A stretch of 64,000 nucleotides of DNA, taken from NCBI GenBank assembly GCA_021789595.1, contig JAJYJJ010000013.1, positions 238 to 64,237 on the forward strand, given 5' to 3'. A program made the position numbers and the translations under genes. Each line of letters starts with the position of its first letter. The first letter of the stretch is position 1. Below, in pieces: positions 1 to 10,936 of this stretch. Source of the DNA: Nitrospirota bacterium. Its GTDB lineage: Bacteria; Nitrospirota; Thermodesulfovibrionia; UBA6902; JAJYJJ01. The notes beneath the pieces are model-generated. The model was not told the DNA's origin. It was given only the letters and a program-made list of their open reading frames with translations, and searched no databases.

Positions 1-58
1 ATATAAAGTGCGGGGTCTATATGGATTTCTTCGCCTTTGAAGGCTAACCCCCCTTTAT

Positions 59-79
59 CCCCCCTTAATTTAAGGGGGG
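59..79. repeat. 21-bp perfect GC-rich palindrome (ccccccttaa t ttaagggggg)
   Basis: 10-bp arms are exact reverse complements around a 1-nt centre. Lies at the window edge downstream of the hemW-like gene; it may be a terminator or protein-binding site for an off-window gene. Confidence 0.6.
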
Positions 80-400
80 AATGGGGGGTTAATGTTCCAT
101 CGGTATCAGGAAAGCTCCAGTGTTTCTTATCTGGATGCCATCTGTGGCCGGGAATGGATTTAACCTTTTGAACACATATCGCGTCGTAGGGAAAGGCAAC
201 AGTAACTCTGCCAGAACTATCTTTGCCCACCACGATCTCGTTATTGCTGGTTTTGCTGACAGTCACCCCATTGTTATCCTCCATTTACGAAAATATTCTA
301 TCATCCAGTCTTAACCCCGTCAACTAAAATGCACCATGGTAAGCGTCAACAAGTATCAGGAATCATTTTTCACTGAAAATTACTGTCTACCGCAAAATTT

Positions 401-1528
401 CTAAATAAATCTTATGAACACCTCATTTGAAAGGATGCGGCCTCTTCTTGTAAGCCTCAGCCTTCCATCCGCTATCTCTATCAGGCCCTGAGCCCTCATC
501 TCTTCTATGTCCCCTGCATATACATCCTCAAAATCCCTGTCAAGGAGGACTTTTAGCTCATCAAGCTTTATACCATCTGTCTTTCTAAGCCCGAGGAATA
601 TGGTTTCTGAGAATGCCCTGTCTACTGCAATATCCTCCCATCCATCTACAGGAGATTCCCCCTCCTTTATACACAGGATATAGCGATTGAGGTCTTTTGT
701 GTTATAGGATCTTCTGCCTTCAAAAAATGAATGGGCACCCACGCCAACACCAAGATACTCACCCCTTTGCCAGTAATTGAGGTTGTGTCTGCATTCATAG
801 CCTTCTACAGCAAAGTTTGATATCTCATACTGCCTGAATCCATTGTCCTGGAGGTAATCCATAGCGTATTCATACATCGATACAATAGATTCATCGTCAG
901 GCATGATAAGCCTGCCGCTTTTTACATCCTCTGTAATTATTGTCCCTGTCTCAAGGGTAAGTTCATAGGTGGATATATGCGTAGGACACAGGCCAACTGC
1001 CTTTTCAAGGGATTTCTTCCATGCGTTAATGTCCTGTCCTGGTATACCGTAGATCATATCAATACCTATATTCTCAAAGCCTGCTTTCCTGGCCGTGAAA
1101 ACAGAACCCTGTGCATCATCTGCTGTATGGATCCTTCCAAGCGTCAACAGCTCGTCATCCATGAATGACTGAACACCTATACTTATACGGTTTACACCTG
1201 CCTTCCTGAGCGAAATGAGTTTATCCTCATCTATCGTTCCTGGATTTGCCTCTATAGTGACCTCAGGGTCTTTCACAAATGGCAGATGATTGAGTATAAA
1301 CTCGACAATCCCTGTAATGTCCTCCCTGTCAAGGGCAGTCGGTGTCCCGCCTCCAATATATAGGGTAGCAAAAACCTTTTCTCTGATGGAAAGCCCTGCA
1401 ACCTCTTTTTTCAATGCCTTGAGGTATATGGATGCAGTTTCGGGCCTATAGGTATGCGATACAAAATCGCAGTATAGACACCGCCTCAGACAGAATGGTA
1501 TGTGGACATAAAGCGAAATAGCTGGCAT
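401..1528 (-). CDS. hemW: Radical SAM HemN-like protein (heme chaperone HemW / oxygen-independent coproporphyrinogen-III oxidase-like)
   Basis: N-terminal CxxxCxxC motif (CLRRCLYCDF) typical of radical SAM enzymes; length and overall pattern fit the HemN/HemW family. Confidence 0.8.
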   Translation of the reverse strand: MPAISLYVHIPFCLRRCLYCDFVSHTYRPETASIYLKALKKEVAGLSIREKVFATLYIGGGTPTALDREDITGIVEFILNHLPFVKDPEVTIEANPGTIDEDKLISLRKAGVNRISIGVQSFMDDELLTLGRIHTADDAQGSVFTARKAGFENIGIDMIYGIPGQDINAWKKSLEKAVGLCPTHISTYELTLETGTIITEDVKSGRLIMPDDESIVSMYEYAMDYLQDNGFRQYEISNFAVEGYECRHNLNYWQRGEYLGVGVGAHSFFEGRRSYNTKDLNRYILCIKEGESPVDGWEDIAVDRAFSETIFLGLRKTDGIKLDELKVLLDRDFEDVYAGDIEEMRAQGLIEIADGRLRLTRRGRILSNEVFIRFI

Positions 1529-2328
1529 TACTGTTTTAAAGGCACTGTGTTTTGTTTTTGCTCCAGTGGACTTACAGTTACAGGTCCCTCATTCTGCAAC
1601 GCAGGGGTATCAGCCTTACTGTCTGTGACATCCTCATATTCGGGAGGGATGATCCCCCTCCTCAGCATTATGTTGTAGATCAGCCTTGAACGATTGACAA
1701 CATACCTCGAATCACTCAGGGGGTTAAATCTTATAGGATTTGACAGGACAGATGCAAGCCTTGCCGCCTCCTCAGGTCCGAGGGCAGAGGCAGGTTTTCC
1801 ATAGTAGTGCCTTGATGCAGCCTCTATCCCGAAGATGCCTCCATCACCCCACTCTACCACATTCAGATACAGCTCGAGTATCCGCCTCTTTGACAGCACC
1901 CTCTCCATCCTCCATGTAATAATTGCCTCCTTTATTTTCCTCAAGGGGTTTTTTGAAGGCGATAGATACAGGTTCTTAACAAGCTGCTGCGATATGGTGC
2001 TTGCACCAAACTTGAATCGCTCTGCCTTTATATCCTTTTCAATGGCCTTCTGTATCGCATCATAGTCAAAACCCTCATGCCTCCAGAATTTATCGTCCTC
2101 TCCAATAAGCACAGCCTTTACAAGATAGGGAGATACCCTGCTTAAAGGCACCCATATCTGTTTTACCCTGTATCTTTTGCCCTCTTTCTTCCACTGCCTC
2201 TCACAGTATTCCATAAAGGCAGTCTTTCTCGGATTTACCTTCCTGAGGCTTGAGACATCTGGAAGGGTGAATATGTAAAAGGCAACGGCAAAGATCAATA
2301 CAAGAGTGAAAACACATACCTTCTTCAT
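1528..2328 (-). CDS. mtgA: Monofunctional biosynthetic peptidoglycan transglycosylase
   Basis: N-terminal TM helix followed by a glycosyltransferase-51 pattern (GASTISQQLVKNLYL, RKIKEAII, YLNVVEWGDGIFGIEAA). Start overlaps the hemW stop. Confidence 0.8.
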   Translation of the reverse strand: MKKVCVFTLVLIFAVAFYIFTLPDVSSLRKVNPRKTAFMEYCERQWKKEGKRYRVKQIWVPLSRVSPYLVKAVLIGEDDKFWRHEGFDYDAIQKAIEKDIKAERFKFGASTISQQLVKNLYLSPSKNPLRKIKEAIITWRMERVLSKRRILELYLNVVEWGDGGIFGIEAASRHYYGKPASALGPEEAARLASVLSNPIRFNPLSDSRYVVNRSRLIYNIMLRRGIIPPEYEDVTDSKADTPALQNEGPVTVSPLEQKQNTVPLKQ

Positions 2329-2434
2329 TCGATTATTATAACCCAGAACTAATTACAGGGAAAATCAGTAAGTGCTACCTTCAGAAAGCTGCAGGGGGAG
2401 ACTAAGCTTATCACCATACAAATACTGCGTGGTA

Positions 2435-3103
2435 TTATATCGCAAGCACTTTTAGTTCATCCTCGTCTATCTGTAGCTCCTGCGCAAGCTGCTTCAGTGT
2501 AGCACCTGTCTGCTTGATTACCTCTCTGAAATATTCCTTATAACTTATATTCTTGTCCCAGCACTTGTAGAAATGTTCCTTGAGTATTACTGCAAGCCCT
2601 TCAGACGGTATCCTGTAGCCTTTCCTGGTCGCCTCCTTTTCACCTGTACTTTCAGGGATACCGATAACAACAAGCCTGTCATCAACAACTATATAGCGAA
2701 TGTCATGCACAACAGGACAGCCGATGTATCGAACTTCAGCGCCGGCCTTCGTATACAGGTGGCCTATATGCAATCTATCAGGGAACTTTGGCAGAATGTA
2801 TTTAACCTGCACCCCCTGCCTTGTTAATCTCTCAATGTTGTTAATAACATCCCTTGTCCTTTTCTTATCGTCTCCTGTTGGAAGCCTGCCTGTGATACAC
2901 CCTATGACCTCAACCTTTGCCTCCATCATCGAATCAGTAACTGTGATAAAATACTCTTCTCGGGTAAGGATCTTTGTCGCCCTTCCCACCTCCAACAGAA
3001 GGTCTTTCCTGCCCCTACCCTCCCTGAGACTATGAAGGATGAGTATGATGGTGGCAATAAGCAGTATTGATTCGAGTATAAGAAGTCCTGTTTCGATAGT
3101 CAT
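2435..3103 (-). CDS. Hypothetical membrane-anchored protein with a C-terminal HTH-like segment
   Basis: N-terminal hydrophobic helix, no recognisable catalytic motif, C-terminal ...GATLKQLAQELQIDEDELKVL resembling a helix-turn-helix. Family not recognised. Confidence 0.4.
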   Translation of the reverse strand: MTIETGLLILESILLIATIILILHSLREGRGRKDLLLEVGRATKILTREEYFITVTDSMMEAKVEVIGCITGRLPTGDDKKRTRDVINNIERLTRQGVQVKYILPKFPDRLHIGHLYTKAGAEVRYIGCPVVHDIRYIVVDDRLVVIGIPESTGEKEATRKGYRIPSEGLAVILKEHFYKCWDKNISYKEYFREVIKQTGATLKQLAQELQIDEDELKVLAI

Positions 3104-3260
3104 ATTAATTCAAGTTTAAAGGATTTCAATGAGTTCAGTCAAATATCTCTGGGAGTCCTACGCCGAGCTTGCCGGCCATAAAGATTAAGATGGCTTAAAG
3201 ATCCAGATAATGATGCAAAAAACCTTGACCCATATCCTCTGTAAGGTATAAGCTTAAAGG

Positions 3261-5237
3261 ATGAAACAGTATATATTGAGACCCGAGAAGAGACAATTTG
3301 CCATAGACTATGAAAATGACCTGAATCCCGAACAGCTTGAGGCTGTGCTATGTCCTGGGGGCCCCGTACTTGTTCTTGCAGGCGCAGGCAGCGGAAAGAC
3401 AAGGACAGTGACCTACAGGGTTGCGAGGCTTATAGAGACAGGCATTAACCCACAAAGGATCCTACTTATGACATTTACAAATAAGGCATCGAGGGAGATG
3501 CTTATCAGGGTTGAATCCCTTTTGCAATACGACATAAAAGGCCTCTGGGGAGGGACATTCCATCACATCGGCAACATGGTTCTCAGGCGGCATGCAGAGG
3601 AGATAGGCTATAAGAGCGGCTTTTCAATCCTCGACAGGGAGGATTCAAAAGACCTTATCGAGACATGCGCAGGAGAGCTCGGGCTTGACAAGGCACAGTG
3701 GCGATTTCCAAAAGGTGATGTGCTGCAGGAGATTGCAGGCCTGTCCTCTAACACAGAGGAGGCCATATCAGATGTAGTTATAAAGAGGTTCCCGCATTTT
3801 CTTTCCATCGTGGATGAGATTGAAGGTGTTTTGAAAAGATACAAGGGGAAGAAAGAGGCATTGAACCTCATGGATTTTGATGACCTCCTCATGAACTGGA
3901 AAAGGCTGCTTGAAGAAAAACAGGATATCAGGGAGATTTACTCTGAAAGGTTTCTCCATATCCTTGTGGACGAGTACCAGGATACAAACAAGATCCAGGC
4001 AGACATTATTGACCTCCTGACAGCCCGGCACAGAAATATCTATGTTGTTGGAGACGATGCACAGTCCATCTACTCCTTCAGGGGGGCAAATATTGAGAAC
4101 ATAATGGAGTTTCCAAAAAGATATCCTGATGCAAGCATATTCAAGCTGACAGCAAATTACCGAAGCACCCCTGAAGTCCTCAAACTTGCAAACCACAGCA
4201 TCTCGCATAATAAGAGGCGGTTTCCAAAAGACCTGAAGGCTATAAAAGGTAATGGTGAAAAGCCAAACCTCGTCCCTCTCAGGGATGTTTTCCAGCAGGC
4301 AGAATTTGTTGCGCAGAGGGTTCTTGAACTATATGAAGGAGGCATTCCGTTCAGGGAGATGGCAGTGCTCTACAGGTCACACTATCAGTCCATGGAGCTT
4401 CAGATGGAGCTTGCAAAAAGGGGAATCCCTTTTGAGGTTCGTTCTGGATTGAGATTTTTCGAGCAGGCGCACATAAAGGATGTGGCAGCATATCTAAGGG
4501 TTATGGTTAATCCATGTGATGAACTTGCATGGATAAGGGTATTAAGGCTTGTGCCAAGGATCGGGGCTGTCACAGCACAGAGGATATGGAAGGTCATTTC
4601 AGGCAGCAGTCCGATTGAGGCCATCTTCAGCCAGGAAGTAAAAAGGGTATTATCAAGGGGCGCAGATAAGCCGTTTGGCACATTCCTAAATGTAATGAAA
4701 AGCTTGTCTGAACCACAACTCCTTTCATCCCCGTCTAAGATGATAGGCGTCGTGCTGAGGGAGGGATATGAGGAATATCTCTATTCCCGCTATCCTAATG
4801 CCCTGTCAAGGATTGAAGACCTGCAGCAGCTTTCAAGCTATGCACTAAAATACCCCTCTGTAGAGGCATTTCTGAGTGACCTTGTCCTGCTGGGCACAGT
4901 AATGGGCGAGGCAGAACCCTTTAATACGGCAGAAGAAGATATGCTTGTCCTTTCATCCATACACCAGGCAAAGGGTCTTGAATGGAGGATAGTCTTTATT
5001 ATATGGCTTGTCGAAGGGAGGTTTCCATCAGCAAAATCATCAGCATCAGGGAGCGAAGAGGAAGAGGAGCGGAGGCTTTTTTATGTCGCATGCACAAGGG
5101 CAAAGGATGAGATATACCTCTGTTACCCAGAAACCTATGAGGGATGGGAGGGATTAACACTCATGAGGCCATCGAGATTCTTAAGGGAGATCCCAGTGGA
5201 AAGCTACGAGGAGTGGGAGATCGATGAACACATGTAA
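3261..5237 (+). CDS. uvrD: UvrD/PcrA/Rep-family ATP-dependent DNA helicase
   Basis: Walker A (AGAGSGKT), DEYQDTN (motif II), TANYRST, VGDDAQSIYSFRGA and QAKGLEW motifs of superfamily-1 helicases. Confidence 0.85.
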   Translation: MKQYILRPEKRQFAIDYENDLNPEQLEAVLCPGGPVLVLAGAGSGKTRTVTYRVARLIETGINPQRILLMTFTNKASREMLIRVESLLQYDIKGLWGGTFHHIGNMVLRRHAEEIGYKSGFSILDREDSKDLIETCAGELGLDKAQWRFPKGDVLQEIAGLSSNTEEAISDVVIKRFPHFLSIVDEIEGVLKRYKGKKEALNLMDFDDLLMNWKRLLEEKQDIREIYSERFLHILVDEYQDTNKIQADIIDLLTARHRNIYVVGDDAQSIYSFRGANIENIMEFPKRYPDASIFKLTANYRSTPEVLKLANHSISHNKRRFPKDLKAIKGNGEKPNLVPLRDVFQQAEFVAQRVLELYEGGIPFREMAVLYRSHYQSMELQMELAKRGIPFEVRSGLRFFEQAHIKDVAAYLRVMVNPCDELAWIRVLRLVPRIGAVTAQRIWKVISGSSPIEAIFSQEVKRVLSRGADKPFGTFLNVMKSLSEPQLLSSPSKMIGVVLREGYEEYLYSRYPNALSRIEDLQQLSSYALKYPSVEAFLSDLVLLGTVMGEAEPFNTAEEDMLVLSSIHQAKGLEWRIVFIIWLVEGRFPSAKSSASGSEEEEERRLFYVACTRAKDEIYLCYPETYEGWEGLTLMRPSRFLREIPVESYEEWEIDEHM

Positions 5238-5245
5238 TAATCCTG

Positions 5246-5704
5246 TTATTCCTCAACCTCAAATATAAAGTCTATCTCCAGGGGTGAATTCAAAGGTAAT
5301 ACTGAAACCCCAACAGCCACCCTGACATGCCTGCCCCTATTGCCGAATATCCCAACAAGGAGGTCAGATGCAGCATTAAGCACCCTGGGCTGCTCTGTAA
5401 AACCTTCTGACGATGATACATAGCCACTTAATTTAACACACTGTCTCACCTTATCAAGGCTGCCGAGGCTGTCCTTAAGGATGGACAGGGCATTTATGGT
5501 TATTATCCTCGCGGCATCCATTGCCTGTTCAAGACTAACATCCTCGCCTACCCTGCCCTGGTATCTCAACTGACCATTGATCATGGGCAGCAGTCCACTA
5601 AGGAAAAGGAGTTTATCCATCTTTAGCCATGGGACATATGACCCAAGTGCCTTTGGCGCTGCAGGCAGTTCGATACCCAGATCCCTGAGTCTTTCCTCTA
5701 TCAT
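5246..5704 (-). CDS. ridA: RidA/YjgF (Rid family) reactive-intermediate deaminase
   Basis: ~150 aa with the conserved C-terminal pattern (RVAVGVSVLPLNSPLEIDFIFEV) typical of the YjgF/chorismate-mutase-like fold. Confidence 0.7.
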   Translation of the reverse strand: MIEERLRDLGIELPAAPKALGSYVPWLKMDKLLFLSGLLPMINGQLRYQGRVGEDVSLEQAMDAARIITINALSILKDSLGSLDKVRQCVKLSGYVSSSEGFTEQPRVLNAASDLLVGIFGNRGRHVRVAVGVSVLPLNSPLEIDFIFEVEE

Positions 5705-5724
5705 ATCCCCACCTTAAAAACTGC

Positions 5725-6666
5725 CTAAAAGTGGTAGCTTACGCTTGTATTAAAAAGCCAGGGTGCTACAAGCTGATAGCCATTTACGTGTGTATAGACA
5801 GGAAACTCGAAATCACCATGGATTTTCCAGTTCTGAGTGATATCTAGTTCAATACCAGGTGATATGAAAAGCCTCTGAAAGCCTGTATTGTCGGGATCTG
5901 ATGCTACACCGCTGTCATGGCTACGGATAGAGGTTATAACCTGCACAAGCGGGACGAGTCTGTATTTTGGCTCAAGACCATCATAGTGTACGCCAAGAGA
6001 TATGTTATAACTATCCCCAGGACGATAACCATCACGGTAATTCATGGCATGCCTCCACAACCCCTGTATGTACCAGCCCCAATTCCGTTGCTGTCCCATA
6101 TGGTAACCTCCAAGGAGAAGGTCTGTTGTGCCGGTTCCAGGCTGGGTGTCCCTGTCCATCAAAGAAAGATGATAAGGGCCTGTAGGCAACTTCAAGCCAA
6201 AAAGAAGGGCCGTGGACATATCAGGGGAAAAGCCGGTGTACATGCCCATAAGGCGCACATCACTTAAACTCTTGTGATCGACAGAGACGATGTTACCATT
6301 ATCATCGGTGGTTTTAAAATAGCGATCCCAGTAGGGAATTTCTGCCATAATACCCCAGCTCCTGTTCACCATATACTGAATGCCGAGGGTGTAAAAGCTT
6401 GTCCTTATTTCCTTATCATCGTTCAGGTCTGGACTGGCACTGCTCTGGCTATGCCAGTTTTTATTTTGATTCATGTAAGAGTACTGCATGAACATACTGA
6501 GGCCAGGCTCTGTAGCCATCGTCCATCTTGTACCAACATTAAATACACCACAGCCGCAGGCGCAGGCGAACACAGTGCTGGGTACACTAATGCTTAAGGC
6601 GACTACTATAAAAAGGATATAAACGATTAGCTTACCAATTAAGCGCTGTTTCCCATCCTTTTTCAT
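5725..6666 (-). CDS. Outer-membrane beta-barrel protein (MetA-pathway / transporter-like OMP)
   Basis: Signal/TM N-terminus, alternating hydrophobic beta-strand pattern rich in Tyr/Gly, C-terminal aromatic residue (…SYHF) typical of outer-membrane barrels. Confidence 0.5.
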   Translation of the reverse strand: MKKDGKQRLIGKLIVYILFIVVALSISVPSTVFACACGCGVFNVGTRWTMATEPGLSMFMQYSYMNQNKNWHSQSSASPDLNDDKEIRTSFYTLGIQYMVNRSWGIMAEIPYWDRYFKTTDDNGNIVSVDHKSLSDVRLMGMYTGFSPDMSTALLFGLKLPTGPYHLSLMDRDTQPGTGTTDLLLGGYHMGQQRNWGWYIQGLWRHAMNYRDGYRPGDSYNISLGVHYDGLEPKYRLVPLVQVITSIRSHDSGVASDPDNTGFQRLFISPGIELDITQNWKIHGDFEFPVYTHVNGYQLVAPWLFNTSVSYHF

Positions 6667-6736
6667 TTTAACACCTCCATAGGGTTAAGGATATTAACAT
6701 AATCAAATCCAGCAATAGACAAATTATGACTGAAGT

Positions 6737-7018
6737 TTAACCTCTTGGAGGATGTTCCTTTTGAAAGGCGATTAACAACGGATGAAATGTCGGATTTGAA
6801 GTTTCATGAAAACCAGTAAACCCAAATATAACAGGTTGGCATGGATGCTCATGAAGGCAAGGTATACTGGCATTTACAGACATAGCAGGCTTTGATATAT
6901 GGCATGGGTCGATGACAAATATACGGACATCGCTGGTAGAATAAGAGATATTAATCGAAAAAGGGATTATTATTGAAAGTGTTAGAACAAGTAAGACGCA
7001 TAGACTTATTGCCCTCAT
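6737..7018 (-). CDS. Small hypothetical secreted Cys/His-containing protein
   Basis: Signal-peptide-like N-terminus; motifs DPCH…PCLHEHPC. Only ORF evidence, so it could be non-coding. Confidence 0.25.
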   Translation of the reverse strand: MRAISLCVLLVLTLSIIIPFSINISYSTSDVRIFVIDPCHISKPAMSVNASIPCLHEHPCQPVIFGFTGFHETSNPTFHPLLIAFQKEHPPRG

Positions 7019-7083
7019 AATGGATAAGTCTAAACTATATAATATTCGAGAATCAACATCAAACTGTAATTTTAGTCTATGTT

Positions 7084-8094
7084 TTATATGGTATTTGTTA
7101 TCCTCCTTAGTTCGTCTAACTTTTTCATCGCCATCCCGCTGTCTATGGTCTCCTCTGCCATCTTAATACCTTCCATGACAGTTTTGGCCTTACCTCCAAC
7201 CAGAAGGCCTGCTGCAGTATTGATGAGTATAATATCCCTCTTTGGCCCCTTCTGTCCTTTAAGTATGGATATGGTTATCTCTGCGTTTTCCTCGGCACTG
7301 CCGCCAAGTATGTCTTCTCCGCTGGCCCTCGGTATGTTAAAGTCTTCAGGGGAGATATAGTATGTATTAACCTCGTCATCTTTGAACTCCGACACCTTTG
7401 TCCTGTCATTTATAGTTATCTCATCAAGACCATCCTCACCATGGACAACAACAGCGTGCTCTGCACCAAGATTCCCAAGAACCTGTGCCATGGTCTCGGT
7501 CATTTTATGGGTAAATACACCCAATATCTGTCTCTTTGCCCCTGCCGGGTTTGTGAGCGGACCGAGGATGTTAAAGATCGTTCTTATGCCTATCTCCCTT
7601 CGGGGACCTACAGCATATTTCATGGCAGGATGAAACATCGGGGCAAAGAGAAAACCAAAGTTGCTCTCAAACAGGCATCTTTCCACCTTATCGGGCTGAA
7701 GGTCTATCTTTATACCAAGGGCTTCAAGGACATCAGCGCTTCCTGATCGGCTCGATACTGAGCGATTCCCATGCTTTGCAACCGGCACGTCTGCTGCTGC
7801 AACAACAATGGCTGTCGTCGTGGAGATATTGAATGTATTGGACATGTCACCACCTGTGCCGCAGGTATCAACGGTTTTTGGAGGCGACTTTATCCGTGTG
7901 GCCTTCTCCCTCATTATCCTTGCTGCACCTGTTATCTCCTGTACTGTCTCACCCTTCATCCTCAGGGCAGTGAGAAAGGCAGATGTCTGGGCATCTGTTG
8001 CCCTGCCATCCATAATATCTCTCATGGCCTCTGCCATCTCTGCCTCGTTAAGGTCAATATGCTGGGTGACCATGGATATGGCTTCTTTAATCAT
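7084..8094 (-). CDS. trpD: Anthranilate phosphoribosyltransferase
   Basis: DTCGTGGD glycine-rich PRPP-binding motif, HGNRSVSS and overall TrpD pattern; overlaps the trpG stop. Confidence 0.9.
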   Translation of the reverse strand: MIKEAISMVTQHIDLNEAEMAEAMRDIMDGRATDAQTSAFLTALRMKGETVQEITGAARIMREKATRIKSPPKTVDTCGTGGDMSNTFNISTTTAIVVAAADVPVAKHGNRSVSSRSGSADVLEALGIKIDLQPDKVERCLFESNFGFLFAPMFHPAMKYAVGPRREIGIRTIFNILGPLTNPAGAKRQILGVFTHKMTETMAQVLGNLGAEHAVVVHGEDGLDEITINDRTKVSEFKDDEVNTYYISPEDFNIPRASGEDILGGSAEENAEITISILKGQKGPKRDIILINTAAGLLVGGKAKTVMEGIKMAEETIDSGMAMKKLDELRRITNTI

Positions 8095-8672
8095 TGATGC
8101 CTCGCATAATTCATTTCTACAAAGTTTTTCAGGAGATCTTTGCCAACAGTTGTCAATATAGACTCAGGATGGAATTGAACCCCTTCTACAATATAATACC
8201 TGTGTCTTACCCCCATTATCTCTCCCTCTTTTGTCCACGCTGTTATCTCAAGGCAATCGGGGATAGTTTCCCTTTTGATTACAAGGGAGTGATACCTTGT
8301 TGCTTCAAAGGGGTTTGGAAGAGCTTGAAATATTGTCCTGCTATCATGGTATATCATCGATGTCTTTCCGTGCATGAGTCTTGGCGCTCTGATAATCTCG
8401 CCGCCAAATGCAGCCCCAATTGCCTGATGTCCGAGGCATACACCGAGTATAGGGATTATGCCTGAGAATTCTCTTATGACCGAAACCGATATGCCTGCCT
8501 CTTTTGGCGTGCATGGGCCTGGCGATATGACAATCCTGTCAGGCCTCAGCTTTTTTATCTCTGGTATTGTAATCTTATCGTTTCTAAATACTCTTATATC
8601 CTCTCCAAGCTCACCGAGATATTGGACGAGGTTATAGGTAAAGGAATCATAATTGTCTATCATCAATAGCAT
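8091..8672 (-). CDS. trpG: Anthranilate synthase component II (glutamine amidotransferase, TrpG/PabA type)
   Basis: [19 protein letters not shown], catalytic GVCLGHQ and HPES motifs of class-I glutamine amidotransferases. Sits between trpE and trpD. Confidence 0.85.
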   Translation of the reverse strand: MLLMIDNYDSFTYNLVQYLGELGEDIRVFRNDKITIPEIKKLRPDRIVISPGPCTPKEAGISVSVIREFSGIIPILGVCLGHQAIGAAFGGEIIRAPRLMHGKTSMIYHDSRTIFQALPNPFEATRYHSLVIKRETIPDCLEITAWTKEGEIMGVRHRYYIVEGVQFHPESILTTVGKDLLKNFVEMNYARHQ

Positions 8673-8682
8673 AGCTCAACCA

Positions 8683-10161
8683 TTAACTTTCATTTAGGCC
8701 TTTTTCTGCCATCTCTATCGCCTTCATCATTGCCATTGCCTTGTTCACTGTTTCCGTATACTCCTTTTCAGGATCAGAATCTGCAACTATACCGGCGCCA
8801 GCCTGGATATATGCGATGCCGTCTTTTATTATTATAGTCCGTATTGTTATACACATGTCCATATTTCCTGTATAGCTCAGGTATCCGACTGACCCCGCAT
8901 ATAGACCTCTTTTTGTGGGTTCAAGCTCCTCTATTATCTCCATTGCCCTTATCTTTGGTGCACCAGAGACGGTGCCTGCTGGAAAACATGCCCTTAACAC
9001 ATCAAAGATATCCATTCCCCTTTTCATATTACCTTCAACATTGCTTACAAGGTGCATAACATGACTATACCGCTCTATACCCATAAGTTCGGTTACTTTT
9101 ACAGAGCCTGTCTCAGCTACCCTTCCAACATCGTTTCTTCCGAGGTCAACAAGCATTATATGCTCTGCTATCTCCTTTGGATCAGCCTTCAGCTCTTTCT
9201 CAAGGGATATGTCCTCATCCTCAGTCGCCCCTCTTTTCCTTGTCCCGGCAATAGGCCTTAGTATAATCTTTTCATCCTCAACCCTCACAAGGATCTCGGG
9301 TGATGAGCCTATAAGGGTTATATCGCCTGCATCGATATAATACATGTATGGCGATGGATTTATTACCCTTATGGCCCTGTATATGTCAAACGGGTGAGAG
9401 CTAACAGGGCTTTCAACCCTCTGGGAAAGGACGACCTGCACTACATCTCCGGACATGACATATTCTTTTGCCTTTTCTACCGCAGCCGTGAAGGATTCCT
9501 TTTTGAAATTCGAGGTAAAACCTGAGCTAATAAGACCCTTCTTCCCTTTCTCTATCTTCACCGTCCCTTCAAGTTTCTTCACAATGGCCTCTATCTTTTC
9601 CTTTGCCTCATCATATGCCTGTCTTGGGTCTTTCCCATCTATATGGGCATTGGACACGACCTTTATCTTCTGTGAAAGACTGTCAAAGATAATCATTGTA
9701 TCCGTTAGCATAAAAAAGATATCAGGTGCGCCTATCCCTTTATGACCATAATCTGGAATGCCCTCAAAGAACCTAACGGCATCATAGCCGATATAGCCAA
9801 CAAAACCTCCGAAGAATCTTGGAAGGTCATGAATCTTAACAGCCCTGTAATTGTTCAGTATCTTTTTTATGACCTCAAGGGGGTCTCTATCAAATGACTC
9901 CTTTGTCTTCTTACCGTTTTCTATACTCTCTACATCGTTACCAGAGACCCTTATAATCATGGAAGGGTTTGTCCCGATAAAGGAATACCTTGCCCATTTC
10001 TTACCTCCAACAACGCTTTCAAGAAGGAATGACGGACCTTCAGCGGTTTTCAGGTATGCTGATACAGGGGTTTCAAGGTCTGCAAGGATCTCTCTGTAAA
10101 CAGGGATCAGGTTGCCCTCTAATGCCTTTTGCTCAAATTCTTTGAAATCAGGATAAAACAT
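8683..10161 (-). CDS. trpE: Anthranilate synthase component I
   Basis: Chorismate-binding-enzyme C-terminal pattern (GAGIVADSDPEKEYTE), LESV…GG N-terminal TrpE signature; first gene of the trpEGD cluster. Confidence 0.9.
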   Translation of the reverse strand: MFYPDFKEFEQKALEGNLIPVYREILADLETPVSAYLKTAEGPSFLLESVVGGKKWARYSFIGTNPSMIIRVSGNDVESIENGKKTKESFDRDPLEVIKKILNNYRAVKIHDLPRFFGGFVGYIGYDAVRFFEGIPDYGHKGIGAPDIFFMLTDTMIIFDSLSQKIKVVSNAHIDGKDPRQAYDEAKEKIEAIVKKLEGTVKIEKGKKGLISSGFTSNFKKESFTAAVEKAKEYVMSGDVVQVVLSQRVESPVSSHPFDIYRAIRVINPSPYMYYIDAGDITLIGSSPEILVRVEDEKIILRPIAGTRKRGATEDEDISLEKELKADPKEIAEHIMLVDLGRNDVGRVAETGSVKVTELMGIERYSHVMHLVSNVEGNMKRGMDIFDVLRACFPAGTVSGAPKIRAMEIIEELEPTKRGLYAGSVGYLSYTGNMDMCITIRTIIIKDGIAYIQAGAGIVADSDPEKEYTETVNKAMAMMKAIEMAEKGLNES

Positions 10162-10252
10162 AGGGCTATTTTAGAATAATCTTTATCTGTTTATCAAATG
10201 TCGAAACCAGAGAGTTACTGTAATATTGAAAAGAAACCGCGCTCTATATCTA

Positions 10253-10774
10253 TTAGGTGCTCTTCTTGAATATGGCTATATAGGGTAGGTTCCTGAATTT
10301 ATTGTCATAGTCCAGGCCATAGCCAACTACAAACTCATTTGGTATCTCAAAACCAACATAATCAATGGGGACATCTACAACCCTTCTTTCTTTTTTATCA
10401 AGCAGTACGCATATCTTTAAAGAATTCGGCAGTCTTGAAAGGAGCATCTCCCTTACATAATTCAGGGTTATCCCTGTATCTGCAATATCCTCTATGAGAA
10501 GCACATTCCTTCCCTTTACATCCTCTCTCAGGTCTGCATGTATCTTGACCTGTGCTGATGTATCTGTCTTTATGTAGCTTGAGGCAATTATAAAGTCAAC
10601 AGTCATCGGAACCTTTATGGCCCTTACAATATCTGCAAAGAAGATAAACGCCCCCCTGAGGATACATACAGCGATAAGGACCTGACCTGCATAGTCTGCC
10701 GAGATCTTACTGGCAAGCTCCTTTACCTTATCCTGTATCTGTTCGACAGTAAACATTGGTCTACCAATAATCAT
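10253..10774 (-). CDS. hpt: Hypoxanthine-guanine phosphoribosyltransferase
   Basis: PRPP-binding motif VLLIEDIADTGITL and overall type-I PRTase pattern. Confidence 0.85.
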   Translation of the reverse strand: MIIGRPMFTVEQIQDKVKELASKISADYAGQVLIAVCILRGAFIFFADIVRAIKVPMTVDFIIASSYIKTDTSAQVKIHADLREDVKGRNVLLIEDIADTGITLNYVREMLLSRLPNSLKICVLLDKKERRVVDVPIDYVGFEIPNEFVVGYGLDYDNKFRNLPYIAIFKKST

Positions 10775-10900
10775 AGATTATTCCTCCCTTTCAAAATATC
10801 TAACATCTTCCAACATAGAAATCTTATACCATTTTATCCTGCATATGGCAAGAGGAAAAATGCTCCTGCCAAGATTTTTCTGAAGATTGCAAATCTGCTA

Positions 10901-10930
10901 TTGACTTTTTTATTTTACAAATCCTATACT
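10901..10930 (+). promoter_or_regulatory. Candidate sigma70-type promoter (TTGACT -18- TATACT) for the permease leader
   Basis: Near-consensus -35 and -10 hexamers with an 18-nt spacer, about 200 nt upstream of the permease ATG. Confidence 0.35.
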
Positions 10931-10936
10931 TCACCA

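Noticed and set aside
120-314. 64-aa plus-strand ORF at the window start
   Set aside because: No RBS or recognisable motif, in a region otherwise downstream of a minus-strand gene; likely spurious.
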